Assembly (NCBI GenBank): GCA_043228905.1
Contig: JBHGNT010000001.1
Coordinates: 34,906,001 to 34,970,000 of the forward strand
DNA: 64,000 nucleotides
Reading direction: 5' to 3'
From: Azolla caroliniana
Taxonomy: Eukaryota; Plantae; Polypodiophyta
Below, in pieces: positions 11,801 through 25,100 of this stretch. The translations under genes were made by a program, and so were the position numbers. A model generated the notes under the pieces. It worked only from the letters and a program-made list of their open reading frames with translations. It was not told the DNA's origin and made no database searches. How positions within the stretch are numbered: the first letter of the stretch is position 1; the number at the start of each line of letters is the position of its first letter.

Positions 11801-13392
11801 ATTTGACAAGCCAACATTTGGTAAGACAAAATGCTAGATAGAATAGATAGCACACTAATGTTCCTAAAGTATCATAGTCTGTGATAACAAGTAATTGTTA
11901 AATTGATCAAGCTGTAGTGAATGTACGCCTTTAAGTACGCCTTTAAGGAACAACAACAAATATGAAGACGAAGACATGAAGAAGAGTAGAATAGAATCAC
12001 CTGAGTGGCATTTTGATTTTCTTGAAAGTAGCCAAACTGGTCAACATCAGCCACTTTCCCAGAAGAAGAGTGTCGCAAGGGAGACCTTCTGGATGAGTGA
12101 TTTGGATTCATATTGGAACTAGAGTAAGCCTTGAGGGCATGATCATCATCACCATAATCATTATTTTTCCTGTTCTGTCCTTTCTTCGCCATGGCTTGTC
12201 GAGCACAATATTGATCATCATCATGATTATGTTGCCGCCGTCCTTTCCTAGCAGCAGCTTGCCGGGCATGAACACGATACTCACCGGATGCTTCTTCTCT
12301 CCTCACGGAGAGCCTTGGAGAGAGGATCGGATGCTCGAGAACTGAGGCCGAACATATGGAAGAAGGAGTCATTCTCTTCAGATAGCTCGACTTCTCATCT
12401 CCGTCTCGGCTCGATGATCTCTTATGCGAGATCGCGGACGGGTTCTTAGTTGAGGATTCGGCGCACTTGTTGTAGAATCTCTTAGGAAGGGATCGAGAGC
12501 GAGTGGAGCGCTCTTCGAGCGTGTGCATCTTAGAGGGATTGTAGTGACGGAGGGGCGTGTGTGAAGATGCTCTTAGGGCAGCAGAGATGAGGTCGTGGGC
12601 ACCATTGACACTGGGGGAGCGTCCAAGCGGAGATGAGAGGGCTGCAAGGTCACGAGAGAAGGCTGCAAGATCACGAGAGAAGGAAGCTCTGCTAACATAG
12701 AAGAGAGGCGGGGGCGGCAGAGAAATATAAGGGTTTGCTCCCATGGTTTCAACAGCATCACTACTTTCACCGCCATCGCTAGTTTCATCATCATCAGAAT
12801 CACTTCCATCATCATCATCATCTTCTTCTTCTTCTTCTTCATCGTCATCATCTCTATCTCTACCTATTCCTTCTTCTCTAATTCTGTCCCTATCTCTACC
12901 TCCTTCTCTATCCTTATTTTTATCTCTATCTTCACTAATTCTATCTTTATATCTGTCTTCATCTTCTGCTTCTTCTGCTTCTCCTCCTCCTTCTTGCCTT
13001 GCTATTGAAGCCATGGCTTTTGCAGCAAGATTAGCCGAGCTTGGAGATGATTTGAACTTGCTCGGGGAGGCCATTGGTAGCCTTATCTCCACCACATGCT
13101 TATCTGTGGTGTTTGTCTCTTTGCTTTCTTCTCCAGAAGAAGAAGGTGAAGAGAGATAAGTAGAAGGGGTGGAGTATGGTCTGGCTATTGGGATTGGCAA
13201 GCTCGGTTCATAAGAATAAGGAGCAGTTAGTATTGTGGTGATAGTGTTAGTATTATTGGTAATGGCTATGGAGAATTGCTCCGTTTCTTGAGATTTCTGG
13301 GTTAGTGAAGGAGATGAAGACGAAGAAAGTAGTACAGAAGGAGCTACAGGAGTTTCGGCGCCTTTCTTGTCTTTGCTCATACAAGTCCCCAT
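8882..13392 (-). CDS. Uncharacterised ~1094-aa Ser/acidic low-complexity protein with N-terminal myristoylation/palmitoylation motif; weak resemblance to the At1g65710-like family
   Basis: Exons 13392-12001, 11239-9826, 9441-9320 and 9238-8882 join in frame through GT-AG introns. The protein starts MGTCMSK. Motifs RSALRERSVN and RSIIEALSEMN recall, from memory only, the RNPLxEIDxN and SILEAVADLN motifs of At1g65710-like proteins. Confidence 0.75.
9535..9795. repeat. Degenerate telomere-like (AAACCCT-related) tract in intron
   Basis: Many taaacc/aaacctt/aaaccc/taaactc variants with roughly 7-bp spacing. Confidence 0.6.
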
Positions 13393-13576
13393 GGCTATGG
13401 ATTATGTTTCTTACAGTATTAGTTCAGCTTCTTTAGCGCATGCTCTTTGTTTCTTCTTCTTCAGAGTATAAATGTTTTCTAATTTACTCTGTTTCTTCTC
13501 TTTCTTTGCTTATGTTCTCGTGTTTTTTTGCTCTTCTTCTTCTTCGAGACTATAAAGCTTTATTATTTCTACTCCA

Positions 13577-13651
13577 TTTCTTCTTCTTCTTCTTCTTCTT
13601 CTTCTTCTTCTTCTTCTTCTTCTTCTTCTTCTGCTGCTGCTTCTTCTTCTT
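13577..13651. repeat. (TTC)n trinucleotide microsatellite in the 5' region of the unknown gene
   Basis: About 18 pure TTC units followed by CTG/TTC units. Confidence 0.95.
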
Positions 13652-13927
13652 CAGACTATATAATGCACTGTTTTTTAACTTTGTTTTCTTCTAGAGCTTC
13701 TTTTTCGTAGAGCAAACTCCCCATTTTACTCTGTTGCTTGTTCATCTTCCCTCTTTCTTCCTCTACTTTCTTGATTCTTGGCTATGGTTGGGTGATGATG
13801 GAGAAAGGGGATGGTCTTCATCTTATGCACTTCTTCTTCAACTTTTACTCTGCTTTTCGTTTTTACTCTGTTTTTTCTTGTTTGGAAGGGGGGGGGGGGG
13901 GGGGGGCTGATTCTGTCAGAACCGATC

Positions 13928-13958
<31 letters not shown>

Positions 13959-14185
13959 TCATTCATTTCATGCAATTCATTCATTTCATCTCATTCCTTC
14001 TTCTTTTCTTTGATCCGCTCCACCCCTGTTTTTAATTTGGATTAAATACTGAGGCATGTGTATGAGAGTGAGCGAGTGAGTGTACACACACACACACACA
14101 ATTCACATGAAATGACATGAAAGCAGAGAAGGCAGAGGAGAGAAGGATTTCCACCATAGCTGAAAAGGCACACAAACAGAGTAGA

Positions 14186-14470
14186 TACATAATACATACA
14201 TACATACATATATGTATGTATACGTATATGTTGTATGTACGTATGTATACACACAGGGAGATACCAAGTAGTGGTGGTATGTATAAGAAGAAGAAGAATT
14301 CACAAAACTTGTCTACTTGTACACACACATACATACATACATACATACATATACATATACATACATACATATACATATACATACATACATATACATACAT
14401 ACATACATGCACACATGCATACATACATGCACACATGCATACATACATACACACACATGCATGCATGCAT
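14186..14470. repeat. (CATA)n/(CATG)n compound microsatellite
   Basis: Direct reading; explains the spurious HTYI/MYVC ORFs. Confidence 0.95.
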
Positions 14471-17400
14471 CGACAACTTGGGAGTTCAAGAACGAAAGAA
14501 GGAGACCGAACGCAAGAGATTTCCATACACTCTCGTAGACATGTAGGTGCCTCTCGTCTCTACTACTTAACCCGGCGTCCGAGCTTTTGTCACACATGTG
14601 ACATAAAATTCTCTAACCCTCTCACGGAAATCTCCGACGTGGGCCAAAATCCATCCCCTAGTGGACGAAGCGCGTTCGGTTAGTGTCGGGTGGTCATTGC
14701 CTCGGTTCATCGATAACAAGAATGAAATGGCCGTTTTCCACGTCAAGAGGGAAGAGAGAGTGAGAGGAGCCCTCCAAATCCTTCTTTTTTGAAATTTGAA
14801 TTTTTGTAGTCAAAGTCCTCCCCATCTAGGGAGGAGCCTTCTTGCTCTTTACCAATATGAAAAAGGCAAAAAGATATAGATAAAGACCATCCCATTCAAT
14901 GAATATGCATTAACTAGGATGATAATAATAAAAATTGACATGTTCTTCTTCGTCGTCAAAATCCAAGCAAAAATAAAAAGCATCTCTCGAGTTTCCTGAG
15001 GTTCTGGGTCGGGTCCACGTTGCACACACATCCCCAGTCCACACACACTCATTCGCCAGCACCATCGATCTTTTGCCAACTATGCTCCGCTCCTCCACAG
15101 TACACACACACAATCCAATCGTGGCTTCATTCGTTAAAGCTTCATCTTCACCATCATTCGATGTCCTTGTGGCCATGTGTTAGTTAGCCCCTATCCTCGT
15201 AATTCGTCAAGTTATATGCTTTTAGCATCGTCACAAATATCTATGAGTCATGTCATGCCAAGGTACATAGATAACCTTCATCCCCTAAAATAATTCACAT
15301 TGTTCGAGCCACACACACCTTCATCTATGGACTATATATCTATACATTATATATATTATGGACATTGAGAATGACATAACCCCCAATTTCCTAGGTATCC
15401 ATCCATCCACTATAGGCAATAGTTCTCATGCTCCTAGGCATTCGATTATTGCCATTTACAAATAGAACTTCTTATCGTGATTGTACTTCTTGTTGTATCG
15501 AAGTAATGATTCAACTATTTACATTTGAGTACGACTAGATTCCACAAGGCCTACCTAGACATTCACGTTTCATGGCAATGCTCGTGTTGGTCCATATTTC
15601 AAGTTTATGTGTTCCAAAATATTCTTTGCAATTCATACCATTGGTTTATGCATTACAAATATTGTTCTTTGATTTTGAACCTTCCTTACACAAATCCTCT
15701 TAATTTTTTTGTGGGACTAAAATTTAAGTTAATGGTTTTTTCAACTTATCTCGTAATGCAACACTATGAGGAAATCCTCTTAATGTTCGAGTGGAATCAT
15801 CACCCAAATCTATGTTTTGGAACTACTTATTTTGAATATGATACTCAATATAGCTCAGTCATAACTAAAATGGATGATTTCTAGCAACCTCATATGAATG
15901 TATGCTTTCTACTATAATTTTCTTGACTTAAAGTTACCTACTATTGATGTTTTTTAAATCTTCATCTTGAGTGTAATGAGTTTTGAGTATGATGCCAAGT
16001 AGCTTGGTCATGACCTAAATCAATGCTTTTCAAATACTTGTTTTGAACATGATTCCGAATAGGGGCGCCATAATCTAACTTCATGTTTTCTTAAGTGCTA
16101 CATACTTGGTTTAAGTTTAGTGCCCTATAGCTAGCACCCTTTCTTAAATTTCGACGCCGGACCATTCTTAGATTAATGAAATGATTCTATTTATTTCAAT
16201 TGTTCACCTTGACATGTGGATGCGGCAAACAATTTATATGGTGCATAAACACCCTTGTTGATCACATGTAATTCACACATGGGTTTTTATCATTTTTTAA
16301 TCCTTCAAGTTGTATTCGTTAATATGTTTATTATCAAAACACTCGCACAATTGTTGGCGAATAAGCATGTTTAGTCTTCTCTATTGCAGTGCATTCATCT
16401 ATATCTCTCTCTATGGGTATATGAAACACAAACTTGAATTCAAAGAATAAAGGTGAACTATTTGCCATTATCCAACCAATCATAAACTCAATCACAATAT
16501 AATCAATCCAAAAAGCAACATTAACTAATGGAAGTAGAATTTTTTTGGAAAAAAACAACAACATTAAACATGGCTTAATCCCAATAAGTTCAACATATTG
16601 AACTAAAACATGGGGGTTCAACAACATGTTTTTTCTATTTTAGTAGACGATCAACACCCATACAATTATCTTGTTATGAAATTAGGTCATAGGCCTCAAG
16701 ATCAATATTTCTTATCTTTGTACAAACATAATATTCACACGTTTATTATGTCGTGTTGATCTTTCTCTACAATGATACACGAGTAAAATAAAGTATGGTA
16801 AAAACATTAAAACAAAAACTTATATATTTTTCTTGATTTGTTTATTGTGAGAGAGTGACAAAAACCATTTGACTCGAAGGTCAATTATGACCTATGAGAC
16901 CAAAATGCAACAAGTTTCACGGGGTGCATGGAGTTGATAAGTGATTAGTGATCTTGAAAAATTTACTAATAAATGTTTGCAACCAAGAATGCAAACCTTG
17001 GTTTGGAACTATGTTATGAGCTCCAAATCTCTATCAATCAATACAATTACAACCCAAAACTTACATTTTGTTATTCTCACTTCACAAATAAAACAAAATC
17101 ATGATCAAATGTAGACCACAATTACGTCCCACTCTCGTTGAGAAAAGTAACAAGCAAGAATCAAGCAAGTTACTTTGCCATTAGAGGGAATAATCATATG
17201 TTGTTGTTTGCTTGGGGTCTTACCAAATGCGATAAATCTCCAAATCTTGGTGTGGATTTGGTATTTATTCTACTATTGCCATGACGAAACTCAGTTGGGA
17301 GTGGTTAAGGCAACACCTATGTAGATGATTCTTGAGTATTGATACTTAGAGGCAACCCTGAGTATTAAGGTCAATATTTGAAGAGATGTTTTCTACTCTC

Positions 17401-17600
17401 TCTATATCCTTTATATCACTCTTGTCTTATCGTTAAAGATCAAACTTTAATCATGTGTTCATTTTTATCTTCATTGTCAATCAAATAGCATGAAAGTTGA
17501 TGATGTCAACTTGGGAGTGTTGAGGATTTGGTTCTCCCGTTGTTCGTTAGTGGAGCCACAATGTTAACGCCATCCATTACAACCCACGATAACAATTATG

Positions 17601-17638
<38 letters not shown>

Positions 17639-18139
17639 GAGGATTAAAACTAAAGCTTTAACATTCTTCCGTTTTCCAATAACCCTACGAAGCTTCTTCT
17701 TGTAGTTATGGAGTTCACTAGCAAGCAAGAATACATACACATATAGCCAAAGCTTAATTACCGCACAACCAAGCTCATGACTATAAAACACAAGAAATAG
17801 AGTTTACTCAAAGACTTGTGACTTGTGACTATTGAGATGGCCCGACAATACGAGGCATTAGAAACCCTCAAAGAGTTGAGGCCTAAAAACAAAATTTTAT
17901 AGATCTCGTAATTGATTATATCATTATTGTAGCTTGAAAAAAAGTCACGAATGACATGCATTTGGAAGCAATTGTCCATTGCCTTTAGCTTGCAACAAGT
18001 GGATCCATAAGCTTCATCGGGTTAGTGTGAACTCAAATGGGGCATATTTTGCTTTAAGCTTTTGATCAACTCGATTTCTTTATTAGGTGCTATAAGGAGC
18101 AATTACTTCTATGAGTTATGGCAGTTAATGTATTATTTG

Positions 18140-18605
18140 GATTCACACATTCTTGATCCCATCACATCAAGATATTTGTATGGACAATTTTGCCAAATAT
18201 GTCTTAGATAATATTATGACAATATTTTTATTATTATAAATTGTAAATGTTTTAGTTGGCATGATGGGCCACTCTTTCAAAAAACAATCCTTTGAAGCGC
18301 CTACTTATCCAAACATTATTGATTTCATTCATAAGGATATTTTTATGGATAAATTGTCAGAGATATTTTTTATAATATTATTCTTGTACAATTTGTAGAT
18401 GGCCCAATTGGCACAACGGGTTACTCTTTCAAAACAATCATTTGAATAATTCATGGATTCAAGCATCCTTGATTCATGAACATATAAGTGTGGACAATTA
18501 TGCCTAAGGTGTCTTAGATAATATTATTCCAAAATTGTATTATTGTACTAATTGTAAGTAGCCTAGTTGGCATGACATGCTACTCTTTTGAAAAAATCCT
18601 TTGTG
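18140..18605. repeat. Three diverged tandem copies of a ~150-190 bp unit
   Basis: tggacaatt...gtcttagataatattat...ttgta...ttggca...actctttcaaaa..aatcctttg recurs near 18180, 18345 and 18490. Confidence 0.7.
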
Positions 18606-19387
18606 TACTCTTGATGGCCCTTCTCAATTCCCAATCTTTCAATATTGTTGTGATGTGCCAATGGTTGGGAATTTTGGAGTCTTCAAAACTATAGAGTTCG
18701 TTACTCGTGAGTAATGGTGACCTAATCTTTGTATTTATCTAAAGGATTATGTTCGCATATTTGTTGTCATTGTCAATCTAAAATCACTTGACATCAGCCA
18801 TGTGGATTTTTGCAACCATTAGCAATATCGATGGTTTGTGGAAATTCATTACCTAGACTTTATGGTAGATCTCTCACCACCCGAGTGTTTTTATGTCATC
18901 CTCGTCGTATGGATCAATTCATTAAAATGACATGTCTGTTTTGGCCATGCACCATGGTCCATGACTACCAATAGTGAATCGGAAGCCAAAACTAGTGATG
19001 AGACAAGTATTCAAACATTGCGGTTTCCCGAAAAATAAAAGTAGAACATTATAACCTTTTGAAATCTTCAAAGTTCAAGTGTTAAAGTTGTACAATAAGA
19101 GGATTGGTAACTAATAAAAACCTAATGATGGAAATAGTGCATTTCATCCATATGGCATTTGGAAAGGTGCTTTGATCGAAAAAAAACTATCATGGACGTT
19201 GGAGACTTGACAAATTCAAGTAACAACTTGGGGATTTTGTTAGTAGTTAACGAATGTTACAAACTCAAAAGGTTGATTTGTTATAGTTGTAACACTTCCT
19301 TCTTTTTTAATAAAAAATATCCTCCATTGGTATTAAAATTAAAGTGGTCATAGGCAATATACAAAACAGTCCACTATTCAATGAATA

Positions 19388-19770
19388 TTGCATATCCTGT
19401 TATTAGTGATGTCCACGAGACAACATCTTTAACTGGAAAACTGTTGAACACTCATGTAGCTTCAGCAACCCAACCTTATTTACCATCCATATCAAGCAAG
19501 GAATTGCCACCAACAACATTGGTTAATTTTTTTAAAAAAAACTGTTTTTATAAGTTGACTACGGATTTCTTGGCCTTTATCAATGGATTCTATGCCATTG
19601 CAACCTTGAAATCCAAAGAAACTGTTATTGCATTCAGAGACACTCCCTCAAGCTGCGAACAAGCTTTGATAAGGGCCACAAAAATGTGTTGTACCATGTA
19701 TTACTCAACATTCCTCCATTTTTTGATGCAATTTGATAGCATCATATGGCATTCGACATCTCACATGCAA
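19388..19770 (-). pseudogene. Degenerate PLS-PPR gene fragment
   Basis: The minus strand reads HIFVALIKACS, QLEGVSLNAIT, IESIDKGQEIRSQLIK and NVVGGNSLLDMDGK*GWVAEAT*VFNSFPVKDVVSWTSLITGYA, with stops and frameshifts. Confidence 0.8.
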
Positions 19771-20259
19771 TTTTCTTATCTTCATCTATAATTGATAAGT
19801 TGACAAGGCAAGAAGTCAACTAACATCATTTATTTAAGTGCGTTTGTTACTATATTTACGCGGTGAAAACTCTAGATTGAGTTGTACCACTAATGTACGT
19901 AACAAGGTGAAACACATGAATGCTAGATTGTATTGGATATGAGTGGAATGCTCTTCAAAGTTCAAATATGGATGTTCGCCTATCTTTGTTTAGGAAACAT
20001 TATTTTGTAGACAACTATGGAATCATTGGTTTCCATTCTTTTTGCTTCCTCAAAAGGGTAATGACATTGATTGGTTTGGTTATTGAATCTACATAAAAGA
20101 AAGTATAATTATGTGGTAGGTGTATATTCTTAGTGGATAATTGTGGCTCATGGTTTTTGTTGCTATTATTCTTGATGAGAAAAAGAAAATTATATTCTTT
20201 ATGAAGACTTATTCATGTTTGCTTTCTTTGAGGTTATCATCTTCCCTTGTGTGTTGTGA

Positions 20260-20475
20260 GTGTTCAAATAGAACAAATTCTACGAGGGAATATTACATCT
20301 TCTCGTACATAAAAACAATGGGGGTTTACAAGCCTACCTTTACAAGACTTTTCCGAGTGTTCTTTCTTTGAGATTGTCCCCTTCCCTCGTGTGTTATGAA
20401 TGTTCCAAGAGCAAATTCTACAATGGAATACTACATCTTCTCTTACACAGAAATAATGGGGGTTTACATACCTAT
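20260..20475. repeat. Diverged direct duplication (~75-bp core, ~135-bp spacing)
   Basis: caaattctac..ggaata.tacatcttctc..aca.a.aa..aatgggggtttaca occurs twice. Confidence 0.75.
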
Positions 20476-20863
20476 ATTCTGTCCATGTTGTATGTAATAT
20501 GATAGCATAGCGCTTTGTCTCCCACAATACATTACTTCTATCACTATGGCTATCTAGATTTGTATAGGGTTATGTGTATTATTATGATACAACGATTCTT
20601 GTCGCGACATGCAACCTCCACTTCTTTTTTTCATGTGTGGTGTGACTCTTTGTAGGTTATTCCACGGTCGTGCTATCGAATACACATTTATCATGTCATA
20701 TCCACTGATGTCTTTATACTACGAGTATTGACTATTCTAACCAAGAATGATGAAGACACATTTTAATACGTACATTTTACTTTTACATGCATGCATGTGC
20801 CAAACGACATTAAGCCTGTAATGTAGTTTGTTCACAAGTAAACATTTATCATCATTTGACATA

Positions 20864-21102
20864 TCGTGCTTTGCAAAGGTCTTATGCATCTTGCCATACA
20901 AACACCAATGACAAAGCACATGAATGCATATCTTATATACAACATCCTACTCCTTGTCCACGAGTGAGCATTTAACATCACCCATCATATACGCTAACCA
21001 AGTGAGGAGAATATTCAAATTCGTGCAAAGGTTTTATGCATCTCGTCATACAACCTTGGAGACAAAGTGAGTGGATGCATATCTTATATGCAACATCCTT
21101 CT
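20864..21102. repeat. Diverged direct duplication (~85 bp)
   Basis: tgcaaaggt.ttatgcatct.g.catacaa...gacaaag...atgcatatcttatat.caacatcct at ~20871 and ~21024. Confidence 0.75.
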
Positions 21103-21876
21103 TTTGGGGTCTTTGGATGTATCGAGTTGTCTTCTAAAAAACTAACACAAGAATATATAATTTTATGTTGTCTAAAACAATAATCATATGTTGTGTGAAA
21201 AGGTTGCCTTTCACAGTTACCAAATGAGGCAAAAAACTCAACATAAAACAAAATTAAGTACTAGCTCTTGTTAATGACATGGTGACATCATTACGATTCA
21301 AAAAAAGTTACAAGTTTCAAACAAGGAAATTAAGTTTCATTGACAATCATGTGGATGACTTGTAATAGGGAAAATGGAATGTAAATGCTTTGTGGATAAC
21401 AAAATTATAAACCCATATGAAGGTCACAACTTTAGTAAGGTCAACTCTAAGATCCTCGTAAAATGAGCACAACGGTAACACCACCATTGACACGATTCAA
21501 ATAAGTCACAATCACAACATGAGGTGCTTCTCTCTTCCTCAAGGTTGGTTGCCACCAACATGATGTTAGCACCACGAGAGGCATCATTCAAAGCTCATCG
21601 CGTCGGCCACGATTCAAGATGGTTTTCTCTTTATTTATTTATTTTTCCGGATGGCTACCATCAAGACGATTCCAACACGATTCAAAAGGCCAGGATGGCA
21701 GTCAAGAAGCCACGATCGGAGATGGGCGAGAAATAGTCGAGTGATTGGAGCGTGTCATTGGTCAGTGTGCGATGGAAGCATGACGAGTCTGAGCAAGAGA
21801 GACGGGAACTCCATGAACCCAAGATACATGAACATGTTGGATTGGGGAAGAGGGCAAGAGGCCTTCATGCTTCTTC

Positions 21877-22043
21877 TATGTATGTATTTTTGCATGTATG
21901 TAAAATGTATGTAATAATGTATGTAATAATGTATGTAATAATGTATGTATGCATGTATGTATGCATGTATGTATATGTGTATTTATGTATGTATGTATGA
22001 GTATGTATACAGTATAAAGTCCAAAGTGTCGTCCACGCACAAA

Positions 22044-22083
<40 letters not shown>
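21877..22083. repeat. (TATG)n followed by (CA)n microsatellites upstream of RPN3
   Basis: Direct reading. Confidence 0.95.
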
Positions 22084-22086
<3 letters not shown>

Positions 22087-22187
22087 CAGAATACAGCTCT
22101 CCTTCTCCTTCTCCTCTTCTCCTTCTCCTGCTGATTAGGGTTCCTGCACGTGAGACCGCACTGATTAGGGTTCCTACACGTGTGACG

Positions 22188-25100
22188 ATGGCTGACATCC
22201 ACATGAACGAAGAAGAAGAAGAAGAAGAATCCACCGCACCTTCTCCACTTCCTCCTCCATCTTCATCGTCTTCACCTTCGGTTCTCAAACGTAAGTCTGT
22301 CTCTCTCTGTCTCTCTCTTTCTCGCGTATGGATCACATCTGTTTCCTTTCGTAGCGTCCCATGATTAACGTTTTCTCATGCACTCTCCATTATTATTGTT
22401 TTATTATTATTATCTCGCTCCTCTCCATTTTTCTGCCTGCGGAAAAAAGGAATGACCGAATTAGAGGAAGAAGAAAAAGACATTATTTTCGTTGTTGTTG
22501 CAGAGCTAAAGAATGTAGCTTCCACGGTGGAGAGAGGAGCCATTTCCAAGGAAATCCGTCTCATTGGGAGAGCTCTCCGCACCATGATGCTCCTCAGGAA
22601 ACGCCTCAACTACTCTATTGTCTCTGCTTTCCTCAAACATTACCTTCCATCCTCCTCCGATCTTCTGCCTCGACTCCTCTTTTGTGTATCAAATAAGGTA
22701 CGTTCATGTTCTGTTGTTTCGTTTTTCTTATATGTTTCGAAGATTGCGTGTCAAATAAGGTAAGCTTGTGTTCTTTCTCTAGGTTTTTGTTGGTACTTTC
22801 TCATATGTAGACATGCTTGTGGCCTCTTTCTTATGTTTCTATCAAGGATATCTATGAAATTGCCACATTAACTTTTCCAAAACCTTTAACATATAAACGT
22901 GATAGCAGTATATTGTTGAAGATTGTGTTTTGAACTTTAATTCAGAAGCTACTCCTCCATCATAGCATCGTTTGCCGACAATTGAGAACGTAGAGAATAT
23001 CTACAACAATTTGCCTCTGACTTCAACAAAAGAATTGAAAAATCTAATCATGGTACCTAGAATTTGATAGAAGCTACCTAAAGTGATGGCTCCATATACA
23101 AGGAAAATGAAGTTAATGTCCCTCGATCATCAAGAGTTGAGAGTCACTTTGTTCCCAGCTGGAGGGCTTTGATTGAGATGATATTGGAAGTATCTGCCAT
23201 ACTTCTTTGGAACTTTGAATTTTTGAAATAGGGCCATGCATTTGGAGTTATTTTTGCGGCCCAATGTTGCAATGTCCCATATCTCCTGCATTTTTCTCAG
23301 CAATCCACGGATATATTTGAATGGTGAGTGTATTAGTTGTTATGAACGCTTGCTCCAAATGTGAACTGTTTGTGAATGAAATTTCTTTGTACATCAACCA
23401 CTTCCAGAAAGCATGTGCATGAACTTTGTGCATCATTGAATCAGCCAGGTTAATAACTAAATGCCTCCCTATTGTTGTCCTCCACTTGAGCATACAGAAG
23501 AGTAAGACTGGATGGCTGAAAGCTGACCCCAATATAGAGTGACTGGCTTGCTGCAGAACTCTATAAATTATGGCCTCCCAAAACGAGGGCAATTAATTAG
23601 TTTTATGTCATTGCCTAATCCATGAACAACCAACTCTGCTCTGGACAACTCAACTCATTCTTTGCCCATCATAAAACAAGCTTCACCCATGCCTCACAAA
23701 GTTGTGTCGTTGCTCGTAAAATTGTGAATGGCATGTTGGAATGCCAATGTTTGGGCTTTAAACCAACAAAGTGCAGCATCAACACTACCTATACAACAAA
23801 GGTATTCGTTTATCCATTGTTAGCTCCTGATATGCAAATCATTTAAGCTATCTTCATAGTGGATGCAAGGTGTGCCAATGGGGTAGAGTGGTGAATAGAA
23901 CCAGTCCTACCATAGAACCTAGGAGCTCTAATTCGACCATGCATTTGATAGAAATTTTTATAATTAAGGAAAAGTTGCATAGTTCTGCATACTTTGTATG
24001 ACACAGCACACTATTTCCCTATCCAGAGAAACTGATGTACATGTGAGTCATATTAGTTTTTCCAAGATGTTGTGAATGCAACACAAGTCATTTACAATCT
24101 TGTCACATTGCTAACAAATGCTTCTTATTTTCAATTTTTTTTAACATTAGTGTTTTTCGCGCCGTTAAAGTTAGATTCCTAAAGCGGTATTGCAAACTGG
24201 GCTCTTAAAAAATGTAAATACCCTCAAAGTCATAAATTGCTTTTCCAAACTAATGGAAAGTGAAGAAGTGAAAGTATCAATGCAGATTAGTACACCTTGC
24301 CAACACGGGCAAAAAAGTCTTCAAGATATGTTCTCCCCAAATCGGCCAAACACCTATTGAGTCAAAGCTTGAGCTCTTGGAAGGTTTTCCTTCAGTAGAG
24401 ATTGAGTAATTATGAGAGGCAACAACATGGAGCTTGCTGAAATCAAAGGTGGGTTGTCTACCCTACAAAACACATGAGAAGTTTGAGACAATTTGGCACT
24501 GCTAAAGCAGAGTTTGGTGAAGCCAAGGAACAAATGGTGAAGCGTTTTATTGTAGAGATCATTGTGAATATCAATGAGGAAGAACATGTGGAGGGAGTTG
24601 GTACGTGTGCTCGAATAGGTCAACTCCCAAAAGGCTGATATGATCGAGAAGTTTTCACCGATGAAGAAAAAAATGAAGTTTTCATAGCATTGTTCATCTC
24701 ATTGATCTAGGAGATCCATACTCCATCTACAAGAAATGGAAACATATCAGTCTCAAAAATAAAGAAACATGATGGAACAGTTTGAGTTCTTTGACAAGAG
24801 AACTTGCTAAGCTTTGGATGACAGGTTACCTTGCACCACTACAAGTTAAGGAATAAAAATGTCAAGCTTATGAGTTTTGGCCAAATGCAACAAGTGCGAG
24901 CAATGCTTTTTGGAAGCCTACTTCAACAATTCATACAATGCTCTTAAAACCAAAACTTAAAACAGATTATTTGTATGGTTATTTGTGGCTTTGATGCAAG
25001 AGTGGTTTTCAGATGATCAGTCTACAAATGTGTGAATTGCACTATGAAACCTCAGAAACTACTTGCATTCTGATGATAACCTTAAAATAACCATATATAG

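Noticed and set aside
14032-14683. ORFs rich in MYVC/HTYI (also at 21.7-22.3, 34.7-35.0 and 52.4-52.8 kb)
   Set aside because: Translations of TATG/CATA/CA microsatellites.
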